Below, one piece after another: positions 1 to 10,060 of a DNA stretch of 18,854 bases; the stretch's first letter is position 1; each line of letters opens with the position of its first letter. This DNA is from Paraspadella gotoi. Taxonomy: Eukaryota; Animalia; Chaetognatha. A program made the translations under genes and the position numbers. The stretch covers positions 3,994,445 through 4,013,298 of the forward strand of contig CM119271.1 in the NCBI GenBank assembly GCA_051294375.1, given 5' to 3'. The notes beneath the pieces were generated by a model. The model did not search any database. It saw nothing but the letters and a program-made list of their open reading frames with translations, and was not told the origin of the DNA.

Positions 1-16
1 CCCCTCTCTCTCTCAG

Positions 17-133
17 TCTTCGCCGAGTTCTTCATGGCGAATCTCTGGCTCATCGTCATCGTCGGGGGAGCGTTGGTCTTCATCCTCTTCATTTGTTGTC
101 TCTGCGCTTGTCTCTTCCACGCCGGATGCTTCG
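17..133 (+). CDS. Gene A internal exon: transmembrane helix plus Cys-rich juxtamembrane segment (gene starts upstream of window)
   Basis: Pyrimidine tract and ctcag acceptor (15-16), gtaaaa donor at 134. Reads FAEFFMANLWLIVIVGGALVFILFICCLCACLFHAGCF: a hydrophobic run of about 22 aa followed by CCLCAC. Phase 1 at both ends. Confidence 0.85.
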
Positions 134-710
134 GTAAAATTTGGCGTCGTAGTTTTTGTTGTCGTTGTTGTTAATGTCATTAGCAGAGAATAACTTTTGA
201 TTCAATAAAAAAAAAAGGAGATTGAGCTCATCAATATCATTTGCATATTGTCGTGTTGACATTGACTAGTCATGAATTTTGTACTTGTGTCCTTTCGTGG
301 TATCATATCTAAAATTCACTTTTGTCATTAATGAAGCAATTGATGATATTGATTGATTAGAGAGTTTAGGACATTTAGTAATATTATTAATCAATTTAGT
401 AATATGGACTTTATTAGTCAATAAAAATTAATCACACAACTAACGAATGATCACAGACGTTGATTTGAAGGAGTTCATTCGAAGGATTTATTTCTTCTAT
501 AATTATAAGGTATAAACTGGGAACTTAAGCCACTTTCTAAGCCTTGTTCTTTTGTTCTTCGTTGAGATCTTCATAATTATTGTCGTCGTCATCGTCGTCT
601 TCATCGCCGTCATCAATAACACTATTATTATCATGTAGTCGTCACGGCCCTTACTAAGCCTACTACTATATTGTTGACGCCTTCGATATCATCAACCTTG
701 TTTCAGTTCG

Positions 711-1055
711 NNNNNNNNNNNNNNNNNNNNNNNNNNNNNNNNNNNNNNNNNNNNNNNNNNNNNNNNNNNNNNNNNNNNNNNNNNNNNNNNNNNNNNNNNN
801 NNNNNNNNNNNNNNNNNNNNNNNNNNNNNNNNNNNNNNNNNNNNNNNNNNNNNNNNNNNNNNNNNNNNNNNNNNNNNNNNNNNNNNNNNNNNNNNNNNNN
901 NNNNNNNNNNNNNNNNNNNNNNNNNNNNNNNNNNNNNNNNNNNNNNNNNNNNNNNNNNNNNNNNNNNNNNNNNNNNNNNNNNNNNNNNNNNNNNNNNNNN
1001 NNNNNNNNNNNNNNNNNNNNNNNNNNNNNNNNNNNNNNNNNNNNNNNNNNNNNNN
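711..1055. other. Assembly gap (N run) inside gene A
   Basis: 345 consecutive N. Other gaps lie at 7328-7585, 8130-8229, 8380-8497 and 8778-8996. ORF-track entries containing X runs are artefacts of these gaps. Confidence 0.95.
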
Positions 1056-1150
1056 GTCACGGCGGAAAGCGTTGCCATGGTTACGACTACCACGCCGCGC
1101 CATCTACTTCCAGATCTTTCCACGAGGGAGAAAACTTGCCCTTTTATCAG
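1056..1150 (+). CDS. Gene A exon, visible 3' part only (5' part in the N gap; possible acceptor tttcag at 705-706)
   Basis: GC-rich island reading HGGKRCHGYDYHAAPSTSRSFHEGENLPFYQ and ending CAG|gtttct in phase 0, which matches the phase-0 start of exon 1755. An exon is needed here to connect phase 1 (133) to phase 0 (1755). Confidence 0.65.
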
Positions 1151-1575
1151 GTTTCTTTATTTTTTTTTTTAGTCTTGAGTTCGTAAAAATCGAGCATGCG
1201 TCCCACAGTCGATAACGTTTGTTAATCGTCTTTTAACACAAAATTATTAATAAACATTCACTTGATGATTAAAAAACGGTCGAATTTGGGATCAAGTGCA
1301 GTAATTTTTTTTCTTTTATTGAAAAACCAATATTTCGATCTTATTTGACAGATCATTCCGTTCAGGGTTGTAAAGAGTGAAATGCTGTAAAAGAAAGAGA
1401 GTAAGCGAACGAGAAAGAGAGATGAGAGAGAGAAGCCGAGGAGAGGAGACGAGCAAGTTGCAGAGTCAGACAACTACAACAGGCATGCAAATCCCTCCAC
1501 CACCCCCCTCAACGTTTCGAAATGTCCAGGTCTCATTTGCTTCCAGGGAATTAAGGGATCCTTCCATGCCATCGT

Positions 1576-1683
1576 TGTCTTCTCTCATCTTGCTCTCTCT
1601 TCTCCTCTCTCTCCTCTCCTTCCTCTACTCTCTCTCCTCTCTCCTCATCTACCTACTCTCCATCTCTCCCTCCTCTACTCTCT
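1576..1683. repeat. Imperfect (CT)-rich microsatellite in a gene A intron
   Basis: ctctctcttctcctctctctcctctcc-type polypyrimidine run. Confidence 0.85.
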
Positions 1684-1754
1684 ACAATTTACCTAGACAA
1701 TCATTGATATTCGTTACTAACAGCGACAAACTCCCCCCCCCCCCCTTTTCTCAG

Positions 1755-1908
1755 GCGACACGCGACGCTCGGATCGAAGACGGCGAAGGAATCGTGACGC
1801 TGGAGAACAAAGGATCCAAGGGTTGCTCCACCCTCAACGGCGACAAGGGCAAATCCACCATCAATAGATCCACCATCAAGTCTCACAACTCCAGCGATTC
1901 GGGGACAG
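1755..1908 (+). CDS. Gene A exon, Ser/Thr/Gly/Lys-rich cytoplasmic linker
   Basis: cttttctcag acceptor and G|gtgaga donor. The only open frame reads ATRDARIEDGEGIVTLENKGSKGCSTLNGDKGKSTINRSTIKSHNSSDSGT(G). Confidence 0.85.
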
Positions 1909-2325
1909 GTGAGATTCGTGGAGACGGTGAGAAAAATCTGTGATGCGATCGAAGGACTCGTTGCAATAGACGTCTTTTGTTAAGAACTAGGATCGACTAA
2001 TCATACGTACATGATGTAATAGAAAAAAAAACAATCTTAGGTTAATGGTGAAATTTAATTACAAGTTGCAACATTACATTACATTAATGTACAATCACAC
2101 GCTGGGCACTCGAGATTCCTTCCAGTCAAACGAACAAAATCATTACCTCCTATGTTAATTGACCAATTTTAAGGCGAGCAGACCGAACGACCAATAATTC
2201 AAACGACCAGTTAAATCGCTGCCGAGTCAAAAGACCAATTTACTCACTGCACATTGTGCACAAACCAACCAACCTTCTCTAACAATCAATCACCCAACTA
2301 TATCTTGTCCCCTTCACTCCCCCAG

Positions 2326-2459
2326 GCACCCTCAAGAAAGTCAACTCTGTCGAGATGGGCAACTTGACCGGGCAAATCATGAAGGAACTCCAGGCGCAGG
2401 GAAAGTCTGAGGACTGGACGGTCGGATTCGCTAAGATGGCCAACGCTCTTTACCTCAAG
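2326..2459 (+). CDS. Gene A exon leading into the EF-hand entering helix
   Basis: ctcccccag acceptor, phase 1 matching the previous exon. Reads (G)TLKKVNSVEMGNLTGQIMKELQAQGKSEDWTVGFAKMANALYLK, then AAG|gtcggg donor in phase 0. Confidence 0.85.
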
Positions 2460-2656
2460 GTCGGGAAGAGAGGTTCCAATTATTTGGGGCCAGGGATTTA
2501 TAAAAAAAAAAAAAAAAGGGCGGTACTTTTTGGGGTCATTTTGCATTAAGTTGCTTAGGGAGATTTGTCGTTTGGAACTTCATACGATAGAACAATTAAA
2601 TTTTTAAAACAAACGATTTCAAAACTTACTTTAAATTGTAAGGTTTGTTCCACAGA

Positions 2657-2740
2657 CGAGAGAGAGAGAAGAGAGAAGAGAGAGACGAGAGGAGAGAGAG
2701 GAGAGACGAGAGAGAGAAGAGAGAAGAGAGAGAGGCAGAG
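2657..2740. repeat. Imperfect (GA)-rich microsatellite in a gene A intron
   Basis: gagagagagagaagagagaagagagagacgaga-type polypurine run. Confidence 0.85.
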
Positions 2741-2860
2741 AAACCAGCCGGGCGGTCGCGAATGATTAAACGTCTGCTACAATTTTTGTTGGTTCTATAT
2801 TTTGGGGAAGGCGAATTGAAATATTGAAAAATGTAAAACTCACCTCGCCTTACTTTCCAG

Positions 2861-3052
2861 GACGAGGACTTGGATGGGTTCCTCCTCTTGGAAGAGGCTC
2901 GCAAAGTGATCCACACTTACGACAAAATCTACGAGTTGAATCTTCTCCTCCACAACGTCGACGAGTCGCTCCAAAAGTGCGCCGCCACCGGAGGCCTCGT
3001 CGACCTGGAAACGCTCGTCCGCACGCTGGCGGCCAAACACGTGCCCCATTGA
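2861..3052 (+). CDS. Gene A last apparent coding exon: EF-hand calcium-binding loop plus a degenerate second hand
   Basis: tactttccag acceptor, phase 0. Reads DEDLDGFLLLEEARKVIHTYDKIYELNLLLHNVDESLQKCAATGGLVDLETLVRTLAAKHVPH*. The first 12 residues fit the EF loop pattern D-x-D-x-D-G-x-hydrophobic-x-x-x-E. A gtaagt donor follows at 3101. Confidence 0.85.
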   Translation, partial: DEDLDGFLLLEEARKVIHTYDKIYELNLLLHNVDESLQKCAATGGLVDLETLVRTLAAKHVPH

Positions 3053-5763
3053 AAGAAATGTGGGCCCGCAGATGAAAACGTTACTAACCCTGACGGAAGG
3101 GTAAGTCTCTTTCGCGAACTACGGACACATTCCCTCTTCGAGAAACAAGTTGTTTTTCTTCTCCTCGCACACAAATCACTTTTTTAACCCTCGGGAATTG
3201 ATGAAGGAAAAACATTTTTTTTGGGGGGGACTTTATGTGGCAACTAAACTTGGGGGGGGGGCTGAAATCTTTTGTCATAGTTGTTTTCAAAATTTAAATA
3301 ATTATCGTTGTTTATTATTTGTTGGTAAAATCTGGTAAAAATTCTGCCATGCAATCGTTGTTACAAGCGGAACGAATCATGAGAGTCGAAAGTCGAAATC
3401 GAGAGTCGAAAAAGTTACGGTTATCAATCAAAACATTCTCCTGACCATTGACAAAAAAAAAACGTTCGCAGATTAAAATTTTTTACAATATAATTTCATT
3501 TCAATTGAAGAAAAATAAAAATAAAATCATGATCACTGAAATGCTTGTTCCGTGGAATAATAGATTATCTGTAAATGAACACAAAAACATTAGGTTTCTG
3601 CTTTAAAACTATTATTCTTTTTTTTTCAATATTTTCTTTAAAAACAGAAATAGAACATAAAACAACACTGCCATATTAGTTGATATTCATATTTTGATCA
3701 TTATTTTTTTTGCAGCTGTTTAGCTCATATAACGTTTTTGAAAGGTTTTGTTTGTTTTTTTACCGAACCGACTCATTGATTCGTTTGATTAATTATGTCT
3801 TTACAGTGATAATATATTTTTTTAAATAGTTTCTTCTTTTTGTCAGCATTTTTATTTATATTTATGAATCACTAATATCGGCATGAAATTTCGAAACTTT
3901 AATCACAGATAGAAACGGTCCGAGTTAATTGTTTTAAATACTGTAATATTCTGAATATGCTCAATCTAAATTATTTAGTCTATTGTTATGAAGTTTTGAT
4001 GTGTTATTTTATTTAATTATAAAATTTTTTCTACTATTATGTTACTGGGGATAGCTTTGCAATAAAAATAGCCGTTTTAAATTTTAAAAAAAGGGTTTTT
4101 ATTAATTAAAACAATTTATCTTATCACTAAATATTTTTCAACTGTATTGATAAATAAAACTTGAACAACACTCTATTGGAGTGACAAATTATTACAGTAT
4201 TTCTAAATGTCATCGGAATTTTTATCAAATTTTTTTCAATAGGCATACTAGGGTTAATTGAATTTTTTTTCCAAGAGCTATAGAACTCATTTTTACCAAT
4301 AAAACATTTTAGTGCCAAATGTAACATTGTTTTAAATTAGCTTTGTTCCTTTTTACAACAAAGTAGTTATTAGTTATGTTATAAAATGTTACCCCATATT
4401 CTGTTGTTTTCTATACAAAGACGTCGGATATATTCACCATAGCAACAAAAGAGCATTGCTTTGCACTGTAGATTATCCAATAATAAAGATAAATAGATTA
4501 TCATTAGATATTATGCGCCAACGTTGAACCAAAAAAAACAAAAAAAACAGTCTGTTGGTCCATATTAAACACCGAGTAAAACTGTGAAGTGGTACATTAA
4601 CCTTAGTACAATTTATAGGCCAAATGTTCCAAAAAAACCTAGATCAAAAGTATCGTTTATTTAGTTAATTGCACGCATTTTCACGCATTATTTTTCAATT
4701 TTCATTCGTCACTATTTAAAAAACACAAATATTGCCCTACGATTCATTCTAAACGAATTAGAATAAAAGAAAAGTTGTTCATATTAATTTGTTTGTTTTC
4801 ATTATCACCGAATAACGCTTAAACCATTATAAAAAAAAAATAAAAAAACAAACGCCGAGTCATTTTCATTGTTTTTTCCTCAATATTATACATTTTTCTT
4901 GTATAATTGCTTGCGTATATTTTGTGTTCGGAATCAACCCTCATTCCCAATTTAAACAAAAAAACAAACAAAAAACCCAAGTATAAAAAAGATAAACGTT
5001 TGTCCTCGATTTTAATCCACATTGTCGATAAATTTTTCATCGCTTTTTTTAAAATCGCGTTCGATCGCGTTTTTTTCCCGAACACAAGGAATGTGGCATT
5101 TTTTTCCCTTTCTATCGTCGACACGATTTTAGTTTTGATTTCTAGTCATTTTGTATCATGATAATTTACATGAATGTTTTTTAATTAATGATTTCAAAAA
5201 CCTTGCGTGAAATTATTAAAATGAAAAAAAAAGTTTTGAAATTCTTTGTTTTTACTATTGTTTATATGTAAAAGTTTATGTTTTCCACATATTAAGTGAC
5301 CATGAAAAATAGTATTTTGGAGACGTTCCTCGCGAAGAATAGTATGGTATTTTCAGTAGAAAAGTTGAATTTTCGGAAACGGAGGCAAATAATTCGCATT
5401 AACCCATAGATTCAGGGTTTTAGCCTTTCGCTACACCCTGATCCCAAAATATGGACTGCTACCAAATTAAAGACATCTTTTGATCTTATGTTTGCTATCG
5501 TTTCTCAAGAAAACGACGCTTGGTAGCAGCACCGGTGCTTTTCCAAGAAAATCGAAGGAAAGAACTTGTATTCGGAGTTCGGACTCCAAGTTGAAACAAT
5601 AGGCAAGATACAATTTATTTTCAGTAATCTAGAAGTTGGTAAAAATCATAATTTCACATAGTTAATACCTACATTACAGGCGAAGAATGAAAAATGAGAA
5701 GCATTCTTCGCGTTGCCAGACAAACGTCGAACATCGTGAGGAAACAAAAGGCCAAGAATTCAT

Positions 5764-6205
5764 TTATGAAATTGGTACAACCAATATAAAAATTATCCAT
5801 TCATTTAATAAATAAGCTAATCTTGCCCCTACTTTTTCGGACAGGCTTCTTGTGGTTTAAGGCCTTCCATCACTCTTACAAGATAATGACAATGCAGTCC
5901 CTAGCAAGCTTTCAATCAAGACTCTTCTCACAGTCTTGTTTATTCACTTATTCATTTCAAGAAGAACTTAGCGAAGTGAGATTTAAGGAAAAAGAGGGTC
6001 GTCTCTGGACTGTGTGGCTCGCCCCCACACTTAATGGACCAGTGGCGCTCCAGGTCCTTGCTTTTCCGCAAAGTAGGACCCTACGGGTAAGTTTTCTACC
6101 AGTTCTTCAACCGGCGCGTCCTCTTTCTTGGGCTGCTCCGATCAAGGATAAAACGCCAGACGAAATGAGTTTGAATTATTGATAATAAGATTCAATCTGT
6201 TAATG
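5764..6205 (+). mobile_element. Unclassified dispersed element, copy 1: conserved core (5764-5880), variable region, then ctgttaatg (6197-6205)
   Basis: 5766-5871 aligns to the reverse complement of 16688-16787 (first 54 nt have 1 mismatch). The terminal ctgttaatg equals the core-start sequence seen at the other end of the core in copy 2. AT-rich DNA resumes just after 6205. Confidence 0.65.
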
Positions 6206-6299
6206 CCCTTAAGATATAATTTATTTTATATTAAAAAGTTTCAAAATAGTTTTTTTTTAACATGAAAAAAAAACAAAAAAAAAAAACAGGAAAGAAAAA

Positions 6300-7130
6300 T
6301 TCCGCCGTCGCGAAACGACTTTGTTTTGATTCTGTTTTTTTTTCTTCTTTTTTTTTTTTCTGTTTTTTATTTGTTTTCGTCTGCGACTCAGGTGGATGCG
6401 GAGCGAGCAAAGTCCAAATCCCATCAACGAACTTAGTGAAGATTTATGTTCCTTGTCGCTCTTCCCACCCTGTTGTTGTGGCCTTTTTTCCTTTTTTTTC
6501 CCTTATTTTTTTCTTTTTATGTTGCCCTTGCTTTCTATCCCTACTTTCCTTGTTTTTTATTAAATTCTTTCCTTCTCTTTTCATAACAGTTTTTCAAAAT
6601 TTTTTTTTGGTTATCAAGCACAACTTTTATTCCCTACTTTTCTTTTCTGACTTTTCTTTTCAACTGTTGAATTCCTTTTCTTTTCTTTTACTTCTCTAAT
6701 ATATTTTTTTTTGTTTATTTCGGCCATAACTTCCGAACTTGTTCTTTTTCTTCTACATCGTCATTTTTTTCTTCCCTCCTTTTTTTTCCTTTTCAATTTT
6801 CTTTTTTTCCCTTTCTTCCTCGTTATCTTTCCATCGTCTAACCTCATTACTCTTTGATTCCTTTCCGCGCTCGGGTGTTCCTCTTCCTGTCTTTTCACCT
6901 CCTCTCTTTTTGTCCGTCTCACTCTCTATCATCCCTTCTTTTCTTTTCCATCTTTATCCCCTTCGCAAACAAGGCAGCCAAATCTTGTTTCCTCAGACGA
7001 CGCGCGTCTCAAATATTTTAAACTTTCCCGCCGAAAAAAGAAAATTCCAAAGCGAGGCCGGAGCCTCATCTTTTTCAGGTAGTTATTTTTAGGCTTCTTG
7101 TTGTTGCGTCGCTGTGTTTTTTTTTTTCTC
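6300..7130 (-). pseudogene. Possible decayed Lys/Glu/Arg-rich coding sequence (or simply low-complexity purine-rich DNA)
   Basis: The minus strand is very A/G-rich, with short readable pieces (RLRKQDLAALFAKGIKMEKKRRDDRE; KFVDGIWTLLAPHPPESQTK) broken by many stops. Confidence 0.25.
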
Positions 7131-8996
7131 ATAATTTTTGGCATTTCCTTTAGGTATTAATAGTTTACTAATAATTTTTGAATAGAATTTTTCATCTTCT
7201 CTTAGATACTGGAAAAAAACAAAATGTTTTCCTCGGCTTGCATAAAAAGTTCATAATCTTATTGTTTAATTTTTATAAAAAATATTATCAGAACATCCAT
7301 GGGTAGCAATCTAAGAAACACAAAGATNNNNNNNNNNNNNNNNNNNNNNNNNNNNNNNNNNNNNNNNNNNNNNNNNNNNNNNNNNNNNNNNNNNNNNNNN
7401 NNNNNNNNNNNNNNNNNNNNNNNNNNNNNNNNNNNNNNNNNNNNNNNNNNNNNNNNNNNNNNNNNNNNNNNNNNNNNNNNNNNNNNNNNNNNNNNNNNNN
7501 NNNNNNNNNNNNNNNNNNNNNNNNNNNNNNNNNNNNNNNNNNNNNNNNNNNNNNNNNNNNNNNNNNNNNNNNNNNNNNNNNNNNNCGGAAATAGTTATCG
7601 TCGACGAATCTAAAAATAGAAAATTGAGGAAAAAGGAAGAAAAGTCGACGGAGAGGAAAATAATAATAGAAGAAAGAAAAAAAAAATCGTAGTTTGGGCG
7701 CCAGGGCGCGTCGATAAATGAGGAGCGAAGTGAGAAATGGGGGAAAGGGGGCTGAGTTTCGCGGAAAGGTGAGACGCCGCCGGTACAAACGGTGACTGTG
7801 AGAAATAAGTATTTTGTGATAAGCTCAATCGAGCAATTGGACAACCGACAACCAGGTCGTGCAATATCCATGCGTGAATATACGTTTTAATTATTCATAT
7901 ATACGATTATTTTATATCTATTTGAGAATTTCCAAAATCTCTTTCCGGCATTCTGAAAAGGAAGATATCGGCTGAATTTAATAAATAATAAAAAATAAAA
8001 AATAAAACGCCCCTGTCAACCTAATCGACAGTTGGAGCTTCTTCTCCCGGCATCCACGGTCTTCCTCCCGTCTCCGTGCTCCAACTGTTAATTGTACACT
8101 TATTATATAAAGTATTTTATGTATTTTGGNNNNNNNNNNNNNNNNNNNNNNNNNNNNNNNNNNNNNNNNNNNNNNNNNNNNNNNNNNNNNNNNNNNNNNN
8201 NNNNNNNNNNNNNNNNNNNNNNNNNNNNNTAGGCAAGGTTTTTCGATAACTTTCTAAAAAAAATCTCAACTATTTTCGGGTTTACGATCGCAGAAAAAAA
8301 AAATCAAACCCTTACTCCTAAATGTAATATTGGTTGTACCAATTTCAAAAAGCGAAATATGAAATAGTTTTAGTTAAAANNNNNNNNNNNNNNNNNNNNN
8401 NNNNNNNNNNNNNNNNNNNNNNNNNNNNNNNNNNNNNNNNNNNNNNNNNNNNNNNNNNNNNNNNNNNNNNNNNNNNNNNNNNNNNNNNNNNNNNNNNTCT
8501 CGCTACACAATTATTTTGTATTTGTAATATAATACCACATCCGGTCCAGAATTATCGAACGAATGCTTTTTTTATATATTAGTTGTAGCAATTTCATATA
8601 TGCTCTATTTTCTAAACAATGAAGGTATTGTTAAATTCTTTATCTCCGAGAAATGCTTCACTCATTTCTCATTTCCCGCCACGATCACTTTCTCCTTCGA
8701 CTTCTCTCGCTCTCTCTTCGTCGGCACGCCCACTTTGAGTCGCCGTCGTCGGGTTTATCGGTTTCCGATTCGACGAANNNNNNNNNNNNNNNNNNNNNNN
8801 NNNNNNNNNNNNNNNNNNNNNNNNNNNNNNNNNNNNNNNNNNNNNNNNNNNNNNNNNNNNNNNNNNNNNNNNNNNNNNNNNNNNNNNNNNNNNNNNNNNN
8901 NNNNNNNNNNNNNNNNNNNNNNNNNNNNNNNNNNNNNNNNNNNNNNNNNNNNNNNNNNNNNNNNNNNNNNNNNNNNNNNNNNNNNNNNNNNNNNNN

Positions 8997-9098
8997 CCGC
9001 CGAGAACACTTGCCCCATTTGCCAGTATGATTCGACGCCCTTTTTTACTGGACAATGAATTCGTGATTTCGTGAATTTAGGTACTCGGTCCTCCTCAT
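8997..9098 (-). other. Exon-like island running into an N gap; weak resemblance to a cadherin-repeat linker
   Basis: Minus-strand acceptor ttaattacatttacag at a sharp AT-to-GC boundary. The open frame reads DEEDRVPKFTKSRIHCPVKKGVESYWQMGQVFSA. The plus strand alternatively reads AENTCPICQYD. Confidence 0.3.
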
Positions 9099-9523
9099 CT
9101 GTAAATGTAATTAAAAATAAACTAAAAAAAATTAGATTTGTATTTATATTCGTTATATATTGATATAAATTAACGGGAAAAAAATGAGAAGAAACGAATA
9201 TCAATATGTAATTAATATTTTGTATTATTTCCAATACAATTTGTAAACGACGCTAGAGCGATACTATGCTAGTTATAAGTTTTAAATCTTTACCTATTAT
9301 ATTTCTTAGCCAAAGAAAGTTTCGCTAGTCTTCTGCTTCCCAAACTATAAAGGAAAAAAGAAATTTTATATATCTCATAGTCATGATAATGCAAGACGCG
9401 ACTAAAATAATGAATTTGAGATATTAAAGTACTTAAAGTACCTAAAAGTACTTTTATTTATAAAAAAATACATCAACGAAAAAAAAGAGGCACCCGCTGA
9501 TTCTAGAGACTCCTTTTTCCAAG

Positions 9524-9760
9524 ATGAACAGTAAATGGTACGCTCAAAGCGACACCAGGCGGGGCATTCCGAAAATCGGTTCAACTTCCAAGACGACGTC
9601 CCGATTCCAGACGCAAATTCTCCGACTGCTGCTCGTCGTCTCAGCCACGTCTGCGCAAAGAAACCTTACAATTGCAAGACCAACGCCTTCTGTCAAACTG
9701 TGCACGTGGAGAGCTTTGAGGGCGAGCCCTACGGGTCAAAATCTGCTGCCTAAATATCGA
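9524..9760 (+). pseudogene. Decayed Cys-rich exon-like fragment (EGF-like or three-finger-like spacing)
   Basis: GC-rich island between a tttttccaag acceptor-like site and a gtgcgt donor-like site. Reads HVCAKKPYNCKTNAFCQTVHVESFEGEPYG, then VKICCLNIE in a shifted frame. Confidence 0.3.
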
Positions 9761-10060
9761 AGTGCGTTCTTACTTTTTTTTGGAGGGGGGAGGGTTTCGG
9801 TATTAATTTTTGGCGGGAAAACTTAAATTTAATTTCATATGGAGAAGGCAGTGCGAGTACAAAAAAAAAAAAAAAAGCCAGAATATTCGACTTAATTTCT
9901 AACTTATTTATTATGTTGATTATTTTCCGACTTAGAAAAATTAAGTCGCAACTGGCAAAAAAAGTGTTTTTTTTTTTTACTCGCACTGCCTTCATCATTA
10001 GAATTAAATTTATTCATAATAATACTTTCGGTGCATGTGATGACGTGAAAAAACTTTCAA

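Noticed and set aside
666-1123. Long ORFs containing X runs (also at 7288-7871 and 8334-9234)
   Set aside because: They are open only because N bases translate without stops.
5340-5760. Small exon-like pieces and hairpins (tcagggt...accctga near 5412-5440; gcgaagaatg/cattcttcgc at 5680-5711)
   Set aside because: No consistent frame and no second copy; isolated short inverted repeats are not diagnostic.
5764-5880. Hammerhead ribozyme in the conserved core (GAAA-stem-UA is present)
   Set aside because: No CTGANGA box plus stem II on either strand of the long copies; ctgttaat does not fit.
5823-6182. 119-aa ORF across element copy 1 (and the 106-aa ORF at 16804-17124)
   Set aside because: Non-ATG starts, opposite orientation relative to the core, no mutual similarity and no RT, integrase or transposase motifs.
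6262-7092. Phe/Leu/Ser-rich plus-strand ORFs that look like membrane proteins
   Set aside because: By-products of T/C-rich low-complexity DNA; no splice or motif support.
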